From positions 377 through 64,376 of the forward strand of contig JACQWK010000125.1 in NCBI GenBank assembly GCA_016209525.1: a stretch of 64,000 bases of DNA, given 5' to 3'. The notes under the pieces are model-generated. The model saw only the letters and a program-made list of their open reading frames with translations. It searched no databases and was not told the DNA's origin. The DNA comes from Verrucomicrobiota bacterium (GTDB lineage Bacteria > Verrucomicrobiota > Verrucomicrobiia > Limisphaerales > SIBE01). The stretch's first letter is position 1. Every line of letters begins with the position of its first letter. The position numbers and the translations under genes are program-made. Below, one piece after another: positions 1 to 9,059 of the stretch.

Positions 1-61
1 GCGAGCCCTTTTTGTATCCTGACCCCGTTGTCCCGGCTGTGGGTCAGCTTGGTCGTTCGCC

Positions 62-652
62 ATGAAGTCCTCAATGCCATTTCTGCTGGCAGCCCTACTC
101 TGTAGCGGCCTTTCCTTCAGCTTGTGGGCCGCGGAAGCTTTCTTTCCACCCAAGACTTTTGACGGCGATACCTCCCTTCAGGTGCTTGAGGGCATGTACG
201 CACATGTCCTGAAGAGTCTCGGCGAGCGTCCGCTTCCACCGCTCGCTGCTGAGAGGAAGCATCACGTTTATCGTTTCACTTGCGTGCCTAGCTTCGAGCC
301 TCAGTTCTGTCTCGTTCTCACCGTTCATCCCGACGGCTCGGCCCGACTTAAGAGATTGATCAGACGTGTCGGTTCGATGCCCCTAAGAGGCACGTGCCCG
401 CAGGGTGAGCTTGTGTTAGGGAGGCAGCCGGTGGATAGATTTGTGAAAATGGTGGAAGAGCAGCGGTTGTGGCTTCTCAAGGCGACCGAGCCAACGGAGG
501 GCCTCGACGGCTCCCACTGGCTGATTGAGGCGGTTCGGGACGGAAGGTACCACCTGGTTGAGAGGTGGAGCCCGCGATCTTCGACAGCTTTAGGGAGGAT
601 TGGGAGAGATTTCTCAGAGTTGGCTGAGTGGAAGGTGCCGGTCGTTGATTGA
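62..652 (+). CDS. hypothetical secreted protein (196 aa)
   Basis: ATG at 62. Signal-peptide-like N-terminus 'MKSSMPFLLAALLCSGLSFSLWAAEA'. Coding-like composition. No family recognised. Confidence 0.5.
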   Translation: MKSSMPFLLAALLCSGLSFSLWAAEAFFPPKTFDGDTSLQVLEGMYAHVLKSLGERPLPPLAAERKHHVYRFTCVPSFEPQFCLVLTVHPDGSARLKRLIRRVGSMPLRGTCPQGELVLGRQPVDRFVKMVEEQRLWLLKATEPTEGLDGSHWLIEAVRDGRYHLVERWSPRSSTALGRIGRDFSELAEWKVPVVD

Positions 653-1241
653 TGGCGAACCATGCGCTGGACCCAACAGCCGTGAGCGTCTCCGACTTCA
701 TGCGGTTTGATTTTACTGAGTCCTTCTCATATCGTGCCCGCGCTGTCCCGGCTGTGGGTCAGCTTGGTCGTTCGGCATCGAGAACATGAAGTCCCGTCGG
801 CAATTGATTGCGAGTCGTTGTATTCGATCCAGTTCAGATAACGGGTGCCCGTATGACAGTGGCGCTGGTTAGTTTTCCGCGTTCATCTCGGATATAATGT
901 TTAACTGGCTTTCAAAGATTCTTACGAGGCGTGAGCACAAAGATGTTGCCGCCTCTCGCCCGAGTCTTCCGCAGTCACGGTCGGAGCGTCTGCAAAGTGC
1001 ACCAGAGATCCCGAAGCTTCCGAAGAGGATCGGTCCGTTCGAATACCATCTGAAGCAAAGAAAGAACAACCCCCTTTTCCCTCATATCGCCGCGTGGCGG
1101 TGCCACTCAACCCATCATGACATCTGAACAGCCGCCAGCCGTGGCGCGAGCCCACGCGTCCGGGTTGCCGAACGTCGGATTGTCTGCCGACGTTCACCGC
1201 CGGGCGGCTGTCCGTGAGCTTGTCGTTCGCTGACGAGCGGT

Positions 1242-1790
1242 TTGATGCATACGCTTCTTACCAGAACAGTTGGAGTAGCCGTTTTGGCCATCGTCGGAGC
1301 GACCGTGGGTTGCGGCGGAGAACGCAATACTGCGGAGAGTCTGCCCCCCTCGCAACGCGGGCCGACGATTTCGGAGATCCAGAACCAGGCCACCATTGAG
1401 GATGTAAGCAAGACGGTCGCCTTCACTGTGGGCGATCCAGACACCCCTTTGGAACAACTACGGCTATCCGCGCTCTCGAGCAATCCAGCCGTGGTGGCTA
1501 CCAATAGCATCATTTTCGAGGGAGTTGGAGCCGAACGCAAGGCGCTTATTCAGCCGACGCTTTACGCGTTCGGCCGGACCACCATCACGATCAGGGTCAG
1601 CGATGGTTTAGGGGAAACGAATCGCAGTTTTCAATTCGTGGTCTCGCCGGTTACCGAGCCCCCGATCTTCAACTCCAACGCTGTTTGGCAAAAAGTGGAG
1701 TTCAGCGAACCAGACGGTGCAGCGAACCGGAGCCAGCCGACTGGCGCACAGACAAATCAAACGTCAGCGGCGGCTGGCTCCGGTCGCTGA
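1242..1790 (+). CDS. putative lipoprotein with one cadherin-like/Ig-like beta-sandwich domain
   Basis: Lipobox-like 'LAIVGATVGCGG'. The segment 'PTISEIQNQATIEDVSKTVAFTVGDPDTPLEQLRLSALSSNPAVV...TITIRVSDGLGETNRSFQFVV' has the same pattern as the N-terminal domain of the giant protein at 37155-42971. Confidence 0.6.
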   Translation: MMHTLLTRTVGVAVLAIVGATVGCGGERNTAESLPPSQRGPTISEIQNQATIEDVSKTVAFTVGDPDTPLEQLRLSALSSNPAVVATNSIIFEGVGAERKALIQPTLYAFGRTTITIRVSDGLGETNRSFQFVVSPVTEPPIFNSNAVWQKVEFSEPDGAANRSQPTGAQTNQTSAAAGSGR

Positions 1791-1844
1791 CCTCGGTCGT
1801 TCGGTGAATTGACCACGCGCACGCGGTTGGTCATGTTGTGAGCC

Positions 1845-2033
1845 GTGCAGGTTCGAGAAGTGATGGATCGATTACACCGCGAAGGCTGGAGAATTGCGCG
1901 ACAGCGGGGAAGCCACCGACAGTTCGTTCATCCTGATTACCCGGCGCGGCGTGTTACGGTTGCAGGCCACCCTCATTTGGACCTTCCCAAAGGGACGTTG
2001 AACAGTATCTTTAAGCAGGCTGGCTGGAAATAG
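1845..2033 (+). CDS. hicA: HicA-family mRNA interferase toxin
   Basis: 62 aa. 'VREVMDRLHREGW...RGSHRQFVHP...VTVAGHPHLDLPKGTLNSIFKQAG' matches the HicA/YcfA pattern. GTG start. Lies 3 nt upstream of hicB. Confidence 0.85.
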   Translation: MQVREVMDRLHREGWRIARQRGSHRQFVHPDYPARRVTVAGHPHLDLPKGTLNSIFKQAGWK

Positions 2034-2036
2034 TAT

Positions 2037-2243
2037 ATGCGATACGCAGTTGTGATTGAGAAAAGTGACACGGGTTACGGGGCTTATGTCCCTGATTTGC
2101 CGGGTTGTGTTGCTGTCGGCGAGACTGTCGAAGAGACGAGTCGATTGATTAAAGAGGCCATCGAGTTTCATCTAGAGGGCATGCGCGAGGACGGATTGGC
2201 CGCGCCCGAGCCGACTTCGGTCACCGATTACGTTGAGGTGTGA
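2037..2243 (+). CDS. hicB: HicB-family antitoxin (short form, UPF0150-like)
   Basis: 68 aa. 'YAVVIEKSDTGYGAYVPDLPGCVAVGETVEETSRLIKEAIEFHLEG' is the typical HicB N-terminal fold motif. Adjacent to hicA. Confidence 0.85.
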   Translation: MRYAVVIEKSDTGYGAYVPDLPGCVAVGETVEETSRLIKEAIEFHLEGMREDGLAAPEPTSVTDYVEV

Positions 2244-2716
2244 GTTTTTCACCGAACCAACGGGTCGAGCGAACCGCCGCTGGGTGCTTCGGTTTCGGAG
2301 TTGGCTGGAGAATTCGGAGAGTTACGGTGCTTGCGTGAGCCCGTCTCCAGCGGCGGTCGCTCACCCTTTGCCTTCTGACTATGACAATCACACGGTCCAG
2401 GGCCATTGGTCGCCGGCTGTGCAGCCGAGCCGGGCTGGCGTTTCCTAGCGCGGTGGAGAGGTCATTTCGCGCAGAGATGGCGTTGGTTCCAGCTAACATC
2501 CATGGCTTGTTTTGACTGCTGGCCTCGAGAGATTCGCGGGGCTCGGCTTCCCTCTATCGGACCCCAGAGCCCTTTCCGACCCTTTGGTCACGGCCTGTTC
2601 TCTGCTCACCCGGCGGCTCTTCCCGGTTACTTTGCCCATGTTAGGAGCCTGTTCTGAAACTCCGGGTCACGGCGTTAGGGTGATTTCGGTATTCCAGGGC
2701 GGGGCGCGGACAGCAA

Positions 2717-3388
2717 TTGACCGGATTCACACCCGGGCCCTCTGCGGCGCGTTCGCGCGTTTGGGCGCTCGGCTTGCGAAACCCGTATCGAATGGCGCTG
2801 CGTCCGGGCACGGGCAGCTTCAACCGCGCCGATGCGGAACCGGGGTCCTCTACATTGGCGATGTCGGCTGGAATACGTGGGAGGAGATCAATGTCGCGAC
2901 GCGCGGCGGAATGAACTTTGGGTGGCCGTCGTTCGAAGGGATGATGCCGTGGAGATCAGTGGACTTGGGTGAGCCTCGAACCTGCGCCTGATTCCGGAAA
3001 GGTGGCGCACCAATTTGCGATTGCCGCCGAGTTGCACTACCACTACTTCACGGGCGCCGCAACCCCGCTTGAGGTCCTTCCGGGCGACAGTCTGGTGACG
3101 TTCGTTCTTCTCGACCCCGCGAACCTTCCTCAGGAAGTGATGCCGCAATGGTATGATGGCAATTCATGGGCACACGCCGCGTACTGGGGCGCGAACCTGA
3201 TCGCACGGGGCGCGAATGACACCGTGAGCCGCCGGTCCATGGGGGCGTTGCCGTCCGCAGGCCAATGGACCAAATTGGAAGTGCCGGCTGGCTTGGTTGG
3301 ATTGGACGGCCGAAGCGTCTCCGGAATGAACTTCGTCTTGTATGGCGGCCGAGCGATTTGGGACAGCAGCGGCAAATCCAGTCCGTAG
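2717..3388 (+). pseudogene. remnant of a PQQ-dependent sugar (glucose/sorbosone) dehydrogenase-like gene, 5'-truncated and frameshifted
   Basis: Frame 2 reads 'RVWALGLRNPYRMALRPGTGSFNRADAEPG'. Frame 1 then reads 'VLYIGDVGWNTWEEINVATRGGMNFGWPSFEG'. The reading returns to frame 2 for a 139-aa C-terminal domain (2969-3388). The roughly 250 aa normally found before the GLRNP motif are absent. Confidence 0.5.
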
Positions 3389-3553
3389 CGGCGGGCGTCC
3401 GCGCCTGCCGCAGTGGGTGGCATTCTGCTGCCCGGAACCAGGGTTCGACCCACTCGCTCACGCCGAGACTTTCGACGGCTTTGGAAGAGCCGCAGCTTCG
3501 CTCCGCCGGGCGAGACGCCCGGCTTTACGGCAGGCGAGGACGCCCGCCGCTAC
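3385..3553. repeat. 169-bp hairpin-rich element bounded by perfect 16-bp inverted repeats (MITE/REP-like)
   Basis: 'gtagcggcgggcgtcc' at 3385-3400 and its exact reverse complement 'ggacgcccgccgctac' at 3538-3553. It fills the gap between two convergent gene ends. Confidence 0.6.
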
Positions 3554-3566
3554 CTAAAAGGCAGGT

Positions 3567-4937
3567 TCAATCTTGCGCCAGCTCTTGCCACAAATGGGCG
3601 CTCATGGCCATGCCTTTGGCGAACACTTCGAGGTCAAACTTCTCGTTGGGTGAGTGCGCGTTGTCATCGGGCAAAGCGAGACCGAGCATCAGGCTATCGG
3701 CGTTAAGGATTTTCTTGAAGGCGTTGACGATGGGAATCGAGCCGCCTTCCCGCATGAGAACGGGTTCGCGGCCGAAGGCCTTCTTCAAGGCTCGCAAACC
3801 CGCTTGCGCGCCGCGGCTCTGAGGTGCGATGACGTAAGGTTCTCCGCCATGTTCGGCCCTGAATTCAAGGCCCACGGTCGGGGGACAGATCTTGCGGATG
3901 CGCCGGACAAACAGTTCCCGCACGCGCTCCGGCTTTTGGTTTGGAACCAGCCGCATGGTGATCTTCGCGCTTGCCCACGCCGGAATGATCGTCTTGCTGC
4001 CTTCGCCCTGATACCCGCTGGTCAAGCCGTTGATTTCGAGAGTCGGCCGCGCGCAGCGCTGTTCCACGGGGCTAAAGCCGCGCTCGCCCAGCAGCTTGGG
4101 GACTCCCAAAAACTTGCGGTAGGCGCGCTCCTGAAACGGCAGCCGGGCCAGTTGTTTGCGTTCAAACGAGGTCAGCGGTTCCACGTCGTCATAAAAACCA
4201 GGGACCGCGACGCGCCCCTTCTTGTCCCTCAATTGCGCGAGCAGTTGGCACAGAACCATCGCGGGATTATCCACTGTTCCACCAAAAATGCCCGAGTGCA
4301 GATCGCGCGACGGACCCGTGAGCTTCAGTTCCAGGGCTGCGATCCCCCTCAAGCCGTAGGTCAATGTCGGATGTTTCTTGCTCACGAGTCCCGTGTCGGA
4401 AATGACGATCCCATCGCAACGCAGGCGCGAGCGCTTGTCTCTCAGGAAATCCGACAGATGTTTGCTGCCGACTTCCTCTTCGCCTTCGATCACAAAGGTC
4501 AAGTCGCAAGGAAGTTCGGACCCGGTTTTCAAATACGCTTCGACGGCATTGAGATGGGCCAGGTGCTGTCCCTTGTTGTCGCTTGCGCCCCGGCCAAACA
4601 ATGAATTTCCTTGGACGCGGGGTTCAAAAGGCGGCGATCTCCAGAGATCGAAGGGCTCTGGGGGCTGAACGTCGTAGTGCCCGTAAATGAGATGGTGCGG
4701 CTTGCGGGAGGAGTTGCGCCTTGGGGTCGATGCCAGAACGATAGGATTGCCCGCCGTCGGCTGAAGTTCGGCCTGCAGTCCGATCTTTTGGCAGTGCTGA
4801 AACAGCCAGCGCGCGCATGCTTCCAAATCTTTTCGGTGCACGGGTTGCGCAGAGACGCTTGGGAAACGGACGTAATCACAAAGCTCGCGGATGAAGCGGG
4901 CTTTGTTGTCTTTAAGGTAATTCAAGATGTTCTGCAT
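3567..4937 (-). CDS. M20-family metallopeptidase (dipeptidase, ArgE/DapE/CPG2-like)
   Basis: 456 aa. Motifs 'IYGHYDVQPPEP' and 'LFGRGASDNKGQ'. Starts 3 nt after the upstream AsmA-like gene stop. Confidence 0.85.
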   Translation of the reverse strand: MQNILNYLKDNKARFIRELCDYVRFPSVSAQPVHRKDLEACARWLFQHCQKIGLQAELQPTAGNPIVLASTPRRNSSRKPHHLIYGHYDVQPPEPFDLWRSPPFEPRVQGNSLFGRGASDNKGQHLAHLNAVEAYLKTGSELPCDLTFVIEGEEEVGSKHLSDFLRDKRSRLRCDGIVISDTGLVSKKHPTLTYGLRGIAALELKLTGPSRDLHSGIFGGTVDNPAMVLCQLLAQLRDKKGRVAVPGFYDDVEPLTSFERKQLARLPFQERAYRKFLGVPKLLGERGFSPVEQRCARPTLEINGLTSGYQGEGSKTIIPAWASAKITMRLVPNQKPERVRELFVRRIRKICPPTVGLEFRAEHGGEPYVIAPQSRGAQAGLRALKKAFGREPVLMREGGSIPIVNAFKKILNADSLMLGLALPDDNAHSPNEKFDLEVFAKGMAMSAHLWQELAQD

Positions 4938-4940
4938 TTT

Positions 4941-7900
4941 TCATTTCTTTTTTCGCGGAAGCAAATCGAGCAAATCGAGCGGGCTCACGCGCGGCGGTTT
5001 GTTGGCGGGCGATGCTGGAATAATGTTTGTGCCCGGCGGGAGATTCGTTCCCAGTGGTGGACGTTGTCCGCCCAACAGCTCACCCAATCCTTGCAGAAGG
5101 TTTCCCGTCTTTTCGCCGACCTTGGGAAGGCTGCCAGCCGTTTGCAGAAGCACCCCGGAGATGACGAGCTTGTCAATCTCGGTTTTGGGGTCGCCCAAGG
5201 TTCCCGCCAACTTCGCAAAGGTCGGCAATTGGACATACGCGGCGTTCGTGGGCGTGCCGGCCCCAACCAAGCGGGCCTTTTCCGCGAGAGAGCGGCGCAG
5301 CGCGAGGGCCACGGGGATATCCAGAGGAGAATTCGTCAAGTCCGGCGCGATCCGAATCGTGCCTTGACCCTGGGCGAAAAAGGCCGGACTGAAGACCGAA
5401 AACTGGCTGAGGTTGATTTTCCCCTGGCCTAAATCCGCTTTTGCGCTGACCCATTCCAACGGCGTGAGCGTCAACTCGGGCACGCGCAAAACGAGGGCGA
5501 TCGGGTCCAGCAATGCTTTGGTTTTTTTGCCGACGATTTCGAGGTTCAAGTTTGTGAGGTTAAGCGAAATCTGGCCGCTCAAGTTTCTTTGCAGACTGGC
5601 GCCAGTCACTCCCGCGCCTCGAAGTTGGGCATCAGCCAAAAGAACGCCCCGAATCGAGCCGGACGATTGAGTTCCGAAACCGCTGGCCAGAGGATCAAGC
5701 GGCACTCGATCGGCCTTGAGCGCCACATCATATTTGTAGCCAGGAACGCTCAGATCCAAGATGGCGCTGCCGCTCACGGGCGCGCCATTGAGCGCGAATT
5801 GCAACGGTTTGAGCGCGACCTCGCTTCGGTTGAGCTTGGCCGTTGCTTGCAGATTCGTCAGCGCCACATCGCGGAGGAAGCAGCGATTGACCTTGAGTTC
5901 AGCGGTCAATTGTTGGATGGGCAACGTGACCGGTGCGGGTTCACTCTCTCGGGGAACGGCCGACTGAGCGCCTGTCTGAATCCGTGGGGCAGAAATCTTG
6001 GCTGCCGGTTCGAGCGGCATCTTGCCGCTTGAACCACGGGGCAAGGATGCCCCTTGAACCGGCAGGCTGAAAGCCTGCCTCACGGCTCGCGGCTTTGCCC
6101 CCGTCGGATTCGTGCTCGTGGTTCCGGCGAACAGCTCGTAATAAGGCGTCAGGTCCAGCGAGTCCGCTTGGAGCGTGAGTTGGCTGGGTCCTGCGTTGGT
6201 CGGACTCAAGTCCAGCCGGCCCTGCAACAGCAATTGGTTCTGGGCGCGATCCGTGGGAGACAACTTGAGCGCGAACTGCCGCAGTTCGACGGTTTGCGCG
6301 CGCACCGAGCTGTCCAACTGCATTTCCGCGCTCAGCGGCGCCCGCGGCAGTTTCCTTTGGGGATCTTCGACGACTAGATTCGCGACTTTCAACTCGGCTT
6401 TCACAGCCGAGTCTCCTTTCGCATTGAAACTGGCCGAGCCATTGCCGCTGAGGGCGGCGGAGGCCAGGCGATTTTCACCGAGAGACGGTTGGAGCAGGAG
6501 GCCGAGAACTGTTTGGTCGAAATCTGAGATCGTGAAGGAACCTGACCCCGCGTAGTTGGTGAGATTGAACTTGCCCTGCACATCCGCGTGTCCGGCGCTC
6601 TTGACGCCCTGGCGTATGTCGAGAACCAACTGCCGGACGTCGATTTCCGGATGCCGGAAGGAACCTTGGACTTGCAGCCGCGCGTCGAATGGCACCTGCG
6701 GAAATCGATTCTCCGGACCGGCCATCACGAGATTGTCCAGTTTGATTTCGCCTTTCACCGACGACTCGCCGTTGGGACTGTGGCTTGCCTCGCCCTGAGC
6801 GTTCAGCAAAACCGTCACCAACCTGGTGTTACCCAGGAATGCGCCCAGGAACGGCGCCATCAGCGTCTGATTGAATTGCGAGATACTGAAGGTTGCCTGC
6901 CCGGCCATGTTCGTGAGGTTGTGGCGGCCGGAGATTTGCAGGCTGCCGCAAGGTTGTCCGCCCTGGCCGAAGTTCGCGACCGCGCGTTGGATTTGAACCG
7001 TATTCTGCGCGAGATCAAGGTCGTAGTCCACAGACGTCCGAAAATCTTTGAACGCATATTCGCTGTAGCTTCCGGAGAAGCCGTCCAATTCGAGTTGCCC
7101 CGACGCGGTGCGACGTTCGCCGCTCTGACTGATCGTGGCGCTGCTCTTGATGCGTCCACTCGATACACTTAATCCAGCCACTGGGAACGGCTTGAGAACC
7201 TCCGGCAAGGAGGCCTCAGAATCCGACTTCAGCTTGAGTTCCCCTTTCGAGAGATCAAGCTGGGCCGAGCCGCGGCTGCTGGCGGCCATTTGATTCTTAA
7301 GGAGCAGTTCGAACCGATAGGCGTCGAGATCAACCATTTTCAGGTCGGTCATTCGACCGCTCAGTTCGAATCGGGCTTGCGCTTGTTCGATTTGGTTAGT
7401 GCCAACGCGCGCGGCCAAGTCCTGAATGCTGCCAGTGAGTTTCGTCGCGAGTTTCTTACCGTTCTGCTGGGCTTGGACGCTCATTTGGAGATCGACACGT
7501 CCGCCCGGCGCATTGGTTCCGATGAGCGATTGCCAGGCGGGGATCGAAAAATCCTTCAGGGAGAGCTGCAGGGTGGAGTCGGGAATGCTTGCTTGAGCGG
7601 CGCCCCAATTGAGCGCCATCGGACGGTCCAGGCTCACTTGGAGAAGGTCCTTTTGGCTTTCTTTTCCTGTCAGGCTGAGCTTCTCGACCACGGCGGTTTT
7701 TTGATCCAGGTTGACTTGGGCTTGATACGCCAAGGTCAAATCCAGGGGCGGAGTCGCTCCGCTGCGCTGGCGAACGCCGACTCGGCTTCCGGTCATATTC
7801 CCGTTCGCCGCGATGACCGAGCCGTTCTGCGTGACCTCGACGTTGCCCGACGCGTTCAAGATCGAGTCGCCAAAATCCCACCCGTGCGCTGCCCCAAAAA

Positions 7901-8873
7901 GATTCAAGACCTGCCGATCGATGGATTGCACTTCGACTTTCAGGCGAGTTTCCCGCTTTTCGAGGTTGAAGGGGCCGCTGGCCTGGAGGTTGCCCAGACT
8001 TTTTCCGGCGCGCTCAAAATGAAGCGAGAATTGCCGGATCTCAGCAGGCGAAGCGTCGGCCAGAAGAGTTCCACCCAAGCCTGCTGCGTCCTTGAAAGCC
8101 CCGTCGGCTTGCGCGAGATTGAAACGAAGGGAGCCTTTGACCGAGGCCGGCGTCAACTGCGGATCCAAGCCCAACTCGAAGTCTCCGCTCAATTTCGCTT
8201 GGGCACGATCCGTCCCGCCATCCTTGGCGTTCCCAGGCGTCTGCTCGAATTTCAAATCGGCCGACACCTTGGCCGTACCGTGGCCGCCATTCCGCAATTG
8301 ATCGAGCGCCAGGGTCATATTCTCCGCTGCGATCACCTGGGTGGCGCCATCTTTCTGTTTGGTGATCATGCGGAGGTTGGCATTCTTGAGGCTTAGATTT
8401 CTCGCGTCCAACCGGATCGGCTCGACGGACTCGGCGGTTCGGCCAGGCTGGGAAAGCTCCCTCTTGAGCAGAGGATCCAAATTGCTCGTTCCGTCAGCCT
8501 CCGTCACGATGTGAACTTGCGGCCCGACCAGCGAGACTTCTTGCAACTTCAAATCACCGCGCAGGATTGCGAAAAGATCGTATCGGATGTTGGCCTCGTC
8601 CGCGGTCAAAAGCGGTTCTGTGCCTCGAGTGTGAACTCTTACGTTTTGCAGAATGACCTGAGAAAACGGACTGAGGGAAAGATTGGCCACGGTGAGGTCT
8701 GCGCCAAGCGCCTTCCCCACGCGAGGCAGAACGAAGGATTTGACGAATGCAGAACTCGTTGCGACGAAGTATAAGACCACGATCAGAAAGGCCAGGCTGC
8801 CCGCGACAACGGCCAACTTCCGGAGCCAAGAGGATCGCTTGTGGCCCGCGTTGGATTTTGCGACTTCTGTCAT
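4941..8873 (-). CDS. AsmA/TamB-like giant envelope protein (N-terminal membrane anchor)
   Basis: 1310 aa. N-terminal TM 'LAVVAGSLAFLIVVLYFVA', followed by long repetitive beta-rich sequence typical of the AsmA family (DUF748/AsmA_2-like). Confidence 0.7.
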   Translation of the reverse strand: MTEVAKSNAGHKRSSWLRKLAVVAGSLAFLIVVLYFVATSSAFVKSFVLPRVGKALGADLTVANLSLSPFSQVILQNVRVHTRGTEPLLTADEANIRYDLFAILRGDLKLQEVSLVGPQVHIVTEADGTSNLDPLLKRELSQPGRTAESVEPIRLDARNLSLKNANLRMITKQKDGATQVIAAENMTLALDQLRNGGHGTAKVSADLKFEQTPGNAKDGGTDRAQAKLSGDFELGLDPQLTPASVKGSLRFNLAQADGAFKDAAGLGGTLLADASPAEIRQFSLHFERAGKSLGNLQASGPFNLEKRETRLKVEVQSIDRQVLNLFGAAHGWDFGDSILNASGNVEVTQNGSVIAANGNMTGSRVGVRQRSGATPPLDLTLAYQAQVNLDQKTAVVEKLSLTGKESQKDLLQVSLDRPMALNWGAAQASIPDSTLQLSLKDFSIPAWQSLIGTNAPGGRVDLQMSVQAQQNGKKLATKLTGSIQDLAARVGTNQIEQAQARFELSGRMTDLKMVDLDAYRFELLLKNQMAASSRGSAQLDLSKGELKLKSDSEASLPEVLKPFPVAGLSVSSGRIKSSATISQSGERRTASGQLELDGFSGSYSEYAFKDFRTSVDYDLDLAQNTVQIQRAVANFGQGGQPCGSLQISGRHNLTNMAGQATFSISQFNQTLMAPFLGAFLGNTRLVTVLLNAQGEASHSPNGESSVKGEIKLDNLVMAGPENRFPQVPFDARLQVQGSFRHPEIDVRQLVLDIRQGVKSAGHADVQGKFNLTNYAGSGSFTISDFDQTVLGLLLQPSLGENRLASAALSGNGSASFNAKGDSAVKAELKVANLVVEDPQRKLPRAPLSAEMQLDSSVRAQTVELRQFALKLSPTDRAQNQLLLQGRLDLSPTNAGPSQLTLQADSLDLTPYYELFAGTTSTNPTGAKPRAVRQAFSLPVQGASLPRGSSGKMPLEPAAKISAPRIQTGAQSAVPRESEPAPVTLPIQQLTAELKVNRCFLRDVALTNLQATAKLNRSEVALKPLQFALNGAPVSGSAILDLSVPGYKYDVALKADRVPLDPLASGFGTQSSGSIRGVLLADAQLRGAGVTGASLQRNLSGQISLNLTNLNLEIVGKKTKALLDPIALVLRVPELTLTPLEWVSAKADLGQGKINLSQFSVFSPAFFAQGQGTIRIAPDLTNSPLDIPVALALRRSLAEKARLVGAGTPTNAAYVQLPTFAKLAGTLGDPKTEIDKLVISGVLLQTAGSLPKVGEKTGNLLQGLGELLGGQRPPLGTNLPPGTNIIPASPANKPPRVSPLDLLDLLPRKKK
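5988..6083 (-). repeat. 96-nt four-hairpin repeat embedded in frame in the AsmA-like CDS
   Basis: The reverse complement matches 48102-48197 at 84 of 96 positions by my manual alignment, with no indels. It encodes 'VRQAFSLPVQGASLPRGSSGKMPLEPAAKISA'. Confidence 0.75.
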
Positions 8874-8951
8874 ATCAAGAGTTCAAAAGTAAACGTGCGC
8901 CTCTCACCCGGCCTTCCGCCTTCGCCAGGCCTATGGCGGACAAGTCTGCCA

Positions 8952-8993
8952 CCCTCTCCCCGCATCCGATGAGGCGAGAGGGCAGGGAGAGGG
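8952..8993. repeat. 'ccctctccc...gggagaggg' hairpin repeat (family A)
   Basis: Inverted arms at 8952-8960 and 8985-8993. The same stem motif recurs at 10999-11025, about 16382-16470, 19622-19728 and 49921-50046. Confidence 0.5.
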
Positions 8994-9059
8994 GCTTCAT
9001 CTCGAGTCATTTGTGAATTGTTTGGAAACATCGAACCAAAAACGATGGATGGCAGCTTG

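Noticed and set aside
897-1127. 76-aa ORF 'MFNWLSKILTRR...'
   Set aside because: Its composition is plausible, but I see no homology or motif and no SD. Too weak to call. It could be a small protein.
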